Origin: Promethearchaeota archaeon
GTDB lineage: Archaea > Asgardarchaeota > Odinarchaeia > Odinarchaeales > JBHLKK01
Reading direction: 5' to 3'
Length of the DNA: 26,200 nucleotides
NCBI GenBank assembly: GCA_048939465.1
Contig: JBHLPL010000014.1
Coordinates: 1-26,200 of the forward strand
The translations under genes and the position numbers were made by a program. Numbering within the stretch: the first letter of the stretch is position 1; the number at the start of each line of letters is the position of its first letter. Under the pieces are notes generated by a model. The model ran no database searches. It saw nothing but the letters and a program-made list of their open reading frames with translations, and was not told where the DNA came from. Positions 24,958 through 26,200 of the stretch are shown here, one piece after another.

Positions 24958-26200
24958 AGGTTGAACAGAGCCTGGAGTTTACTGACAGCGAGATGAAGCT
25001 TACTTGGAAAATGGACAAACTGAAGAAGAGATTGGTATACGTAGCAGATCATTGCTTTGGCTGTATTCTGTGCGAGGTTTCATGTCCAGAGCTAGCTATC
25101 CAACTAGGTCCAATACCCGAAATTGCTACTGGCGAACTTAAAGCCCCCCCAATCCTAATCGATCAAGATAAGTGCATTTATTGTGGAATATGTGCAAACG
25201 TCTGTCCTCCACACGCAATTGATTTTACTTTCAACGATCAATCCGTAACAGAGATGGAAGAGTATCCACGGCTCTTGGGATCGATCAATATTAAGGATGA
25301 TTGTATTCCCTGTCTCCTTTGTGAAAAGGTATGCCCGAGAGAGGCCTTCAAATTAGATCTCAAAGTTGAAAAGAAGGATAATTTAGTGGTTTACAAGACC
25401 GAACCGGGCAAGGTAGAAGGAATCATCGAGATAGATAAGGAAAAATGCACTTATTGTGGTCTCTGTGAAGAGTTGTGTGACGCAATCAGAATAAACTGGA
25501 TTGAACCTTCAGGTGAATCACTTATACCGGCTGATGATATCGTTGTAGACGAGGAGAAGTGCGACTATTGTGGTCTTTGCGAAAAGATTTGTCCATCCGA
25601 GGCAGTTAAGGTAGAATGCAAAACTGAGACGGATCGCGAAGTAAAAGAGCTGGTAATAGAGGGAAGTTTAGAGCTGGATGAAGAGAAATGTGTGTACTGC
25701 GGTTGGTGTGCTCTTGTGTGTCCTGTCGATGCTGTTGAGTTCGATAAACCGTTGAGAGGAGACATCTCCATCACAGAACTGGAAAAATGTGATCCAATGG
25801 GATGTAAGGCCTGCATAAACATATGCCCCTCAAAAGCTTGGTATATCCCCAAGACTCCTGAACACAAGCGAAAGCACGGGAAAATCGCAGTAAATAAAGA
25901 CGTTTGCATATTCTGTGGTTCATGTCAAAATGCCTGCCCTGAAAATCTAATTGCCGTTGTTCGAGACGAAATCAAAGCAACGAAGGTGCCAAAAGCCCCG
26001 TGGCTTAATTCTTGGAAATGTGCTTTTGATAAAATCATCGGTAAATCCTCTTATGCTCCACAGATCCGTTTGATTCCCTTGAAGATTTCTAAGCCAGTAG
26101 AGAAGCCGATGCCAATTAAGCCACTGCCAAGGATAAGTCCAAAGGCTAGAGAAACCCTAAAAAACATAGGCGATATTCTTTACAAAGAGCTAAGAACTGC
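24954..26200 (+). CDS. fwdF: FwdF-like polyferredoxin (8x[4Fe-4S]), 3'-truncated by the window edge and absent from the ORF track
   Basis: ATGA overlap with the hdrA stop. Manual translation (MKVEQSLEF...) is open to the window end with eight motifs: CFGCILCEVSCP, CIYCGICANVCP, CIPCLLCEKVCP, CTYCGLCEELC, CDYCGLCEKICP, CVYCGWCALVCP, CDPMGCKACINICP, CIFCGSCQNACP. Confidence 0.88.
   Translation, partial: MKVEQSLEFTDSEMKLTWKMDKLKKRLVYVADHCFGCILCEVSCPELAIQLGPIPEIATGELKAPPILIDQDKCIYCGICANVCPPHAIDFTFNDQSVTEMEEYPRLLGSINIKDDCIPCLLCEKVCPREAFKLDLKVEKKDNLVVYKTEPGKVEGIIEIDKEKCTYCGLCEELCDAIRINWIEPSGESLIPADDIVVDEEKCDYCGLCEKICPSEAVKVECKTETDREVKELVIEGSLELDEEKCVYCGWCALVCPVDAVEFDKPLRGDISITELEKCDPMGCKACINICPSKAWYIPKTPEHKRKHGKIAVNKDVCIFCGSCQNACPENLIAVVRDEIKATKVPKAPWLNSWKCAFDKIIGKSSYAPQIRLIPLKISKPVEKPMPIKPLPRISPKARETLKNIGDILYKELRT

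Noticed and set aside
55-25909. The many antisense or alternative-frame ORFs in the track (for example 7602-8057, 9334-9930, 16901-17416, 25565-25909)
   Set aside because: They lie wholly or largely over well-supported genes, are Ser/Pro/Phe-rich as expected of shadow frames, and show no motifs.

Overview
Archaeal chromosomal window (TTTAAA-type TATA boxes, GGAGG/GGTGA ribosome-binding sites, a tRNA intron with a bulge-helix-bulge motif); a TACK or Asgard lineage is plausible but cannot be fixed from this sequence. It is dominated by H2/CO2 redox genes: a group 3b (sulfhydrogenase-type) [NiFe]-hydrogenase operon (beta-gamma-delta-alpha, minus strand), hypC/hypD/hypE, and a divergent hdrA-mvhD fusion + fwdF versus fwdG + fwdB cluster. 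The fwdF gene is missing from the ORF track because it runs off the window end. Other genes are queT, an ECF S component, moaA, an ABC exporter, a GNAT, an HDAC, a YchF-like NTPase, a transglutaminase-like surface protein and several hypotheticals. The best non-coding leads are: (1) a 183-bp non-autonomous IS200/IS605-type element that appears to keep both ends, an internal TATA box and the TnpB omega-RNA scaffold but no protein; (2) a compact GC-rich pseudoknot/anti-SD leader in front of queT, a riboswitch candidate; (3) tRNA-Ser(GCT) with a 21-nt intron in the T-loop; (4) several perfect palindromes and a triple CCATCTCYAT motif at promoters. Protein-level oddities are FwdB lacking the active-site Arg and apparently starting at CTG in frame with the fwdG stop, a CxxE proximal-cluster motif in the hydrogenase delta subunit, and an HhH protein with a 9-aa tandem repeat. 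All family calls come from motif recognition by eye; no database search was run.
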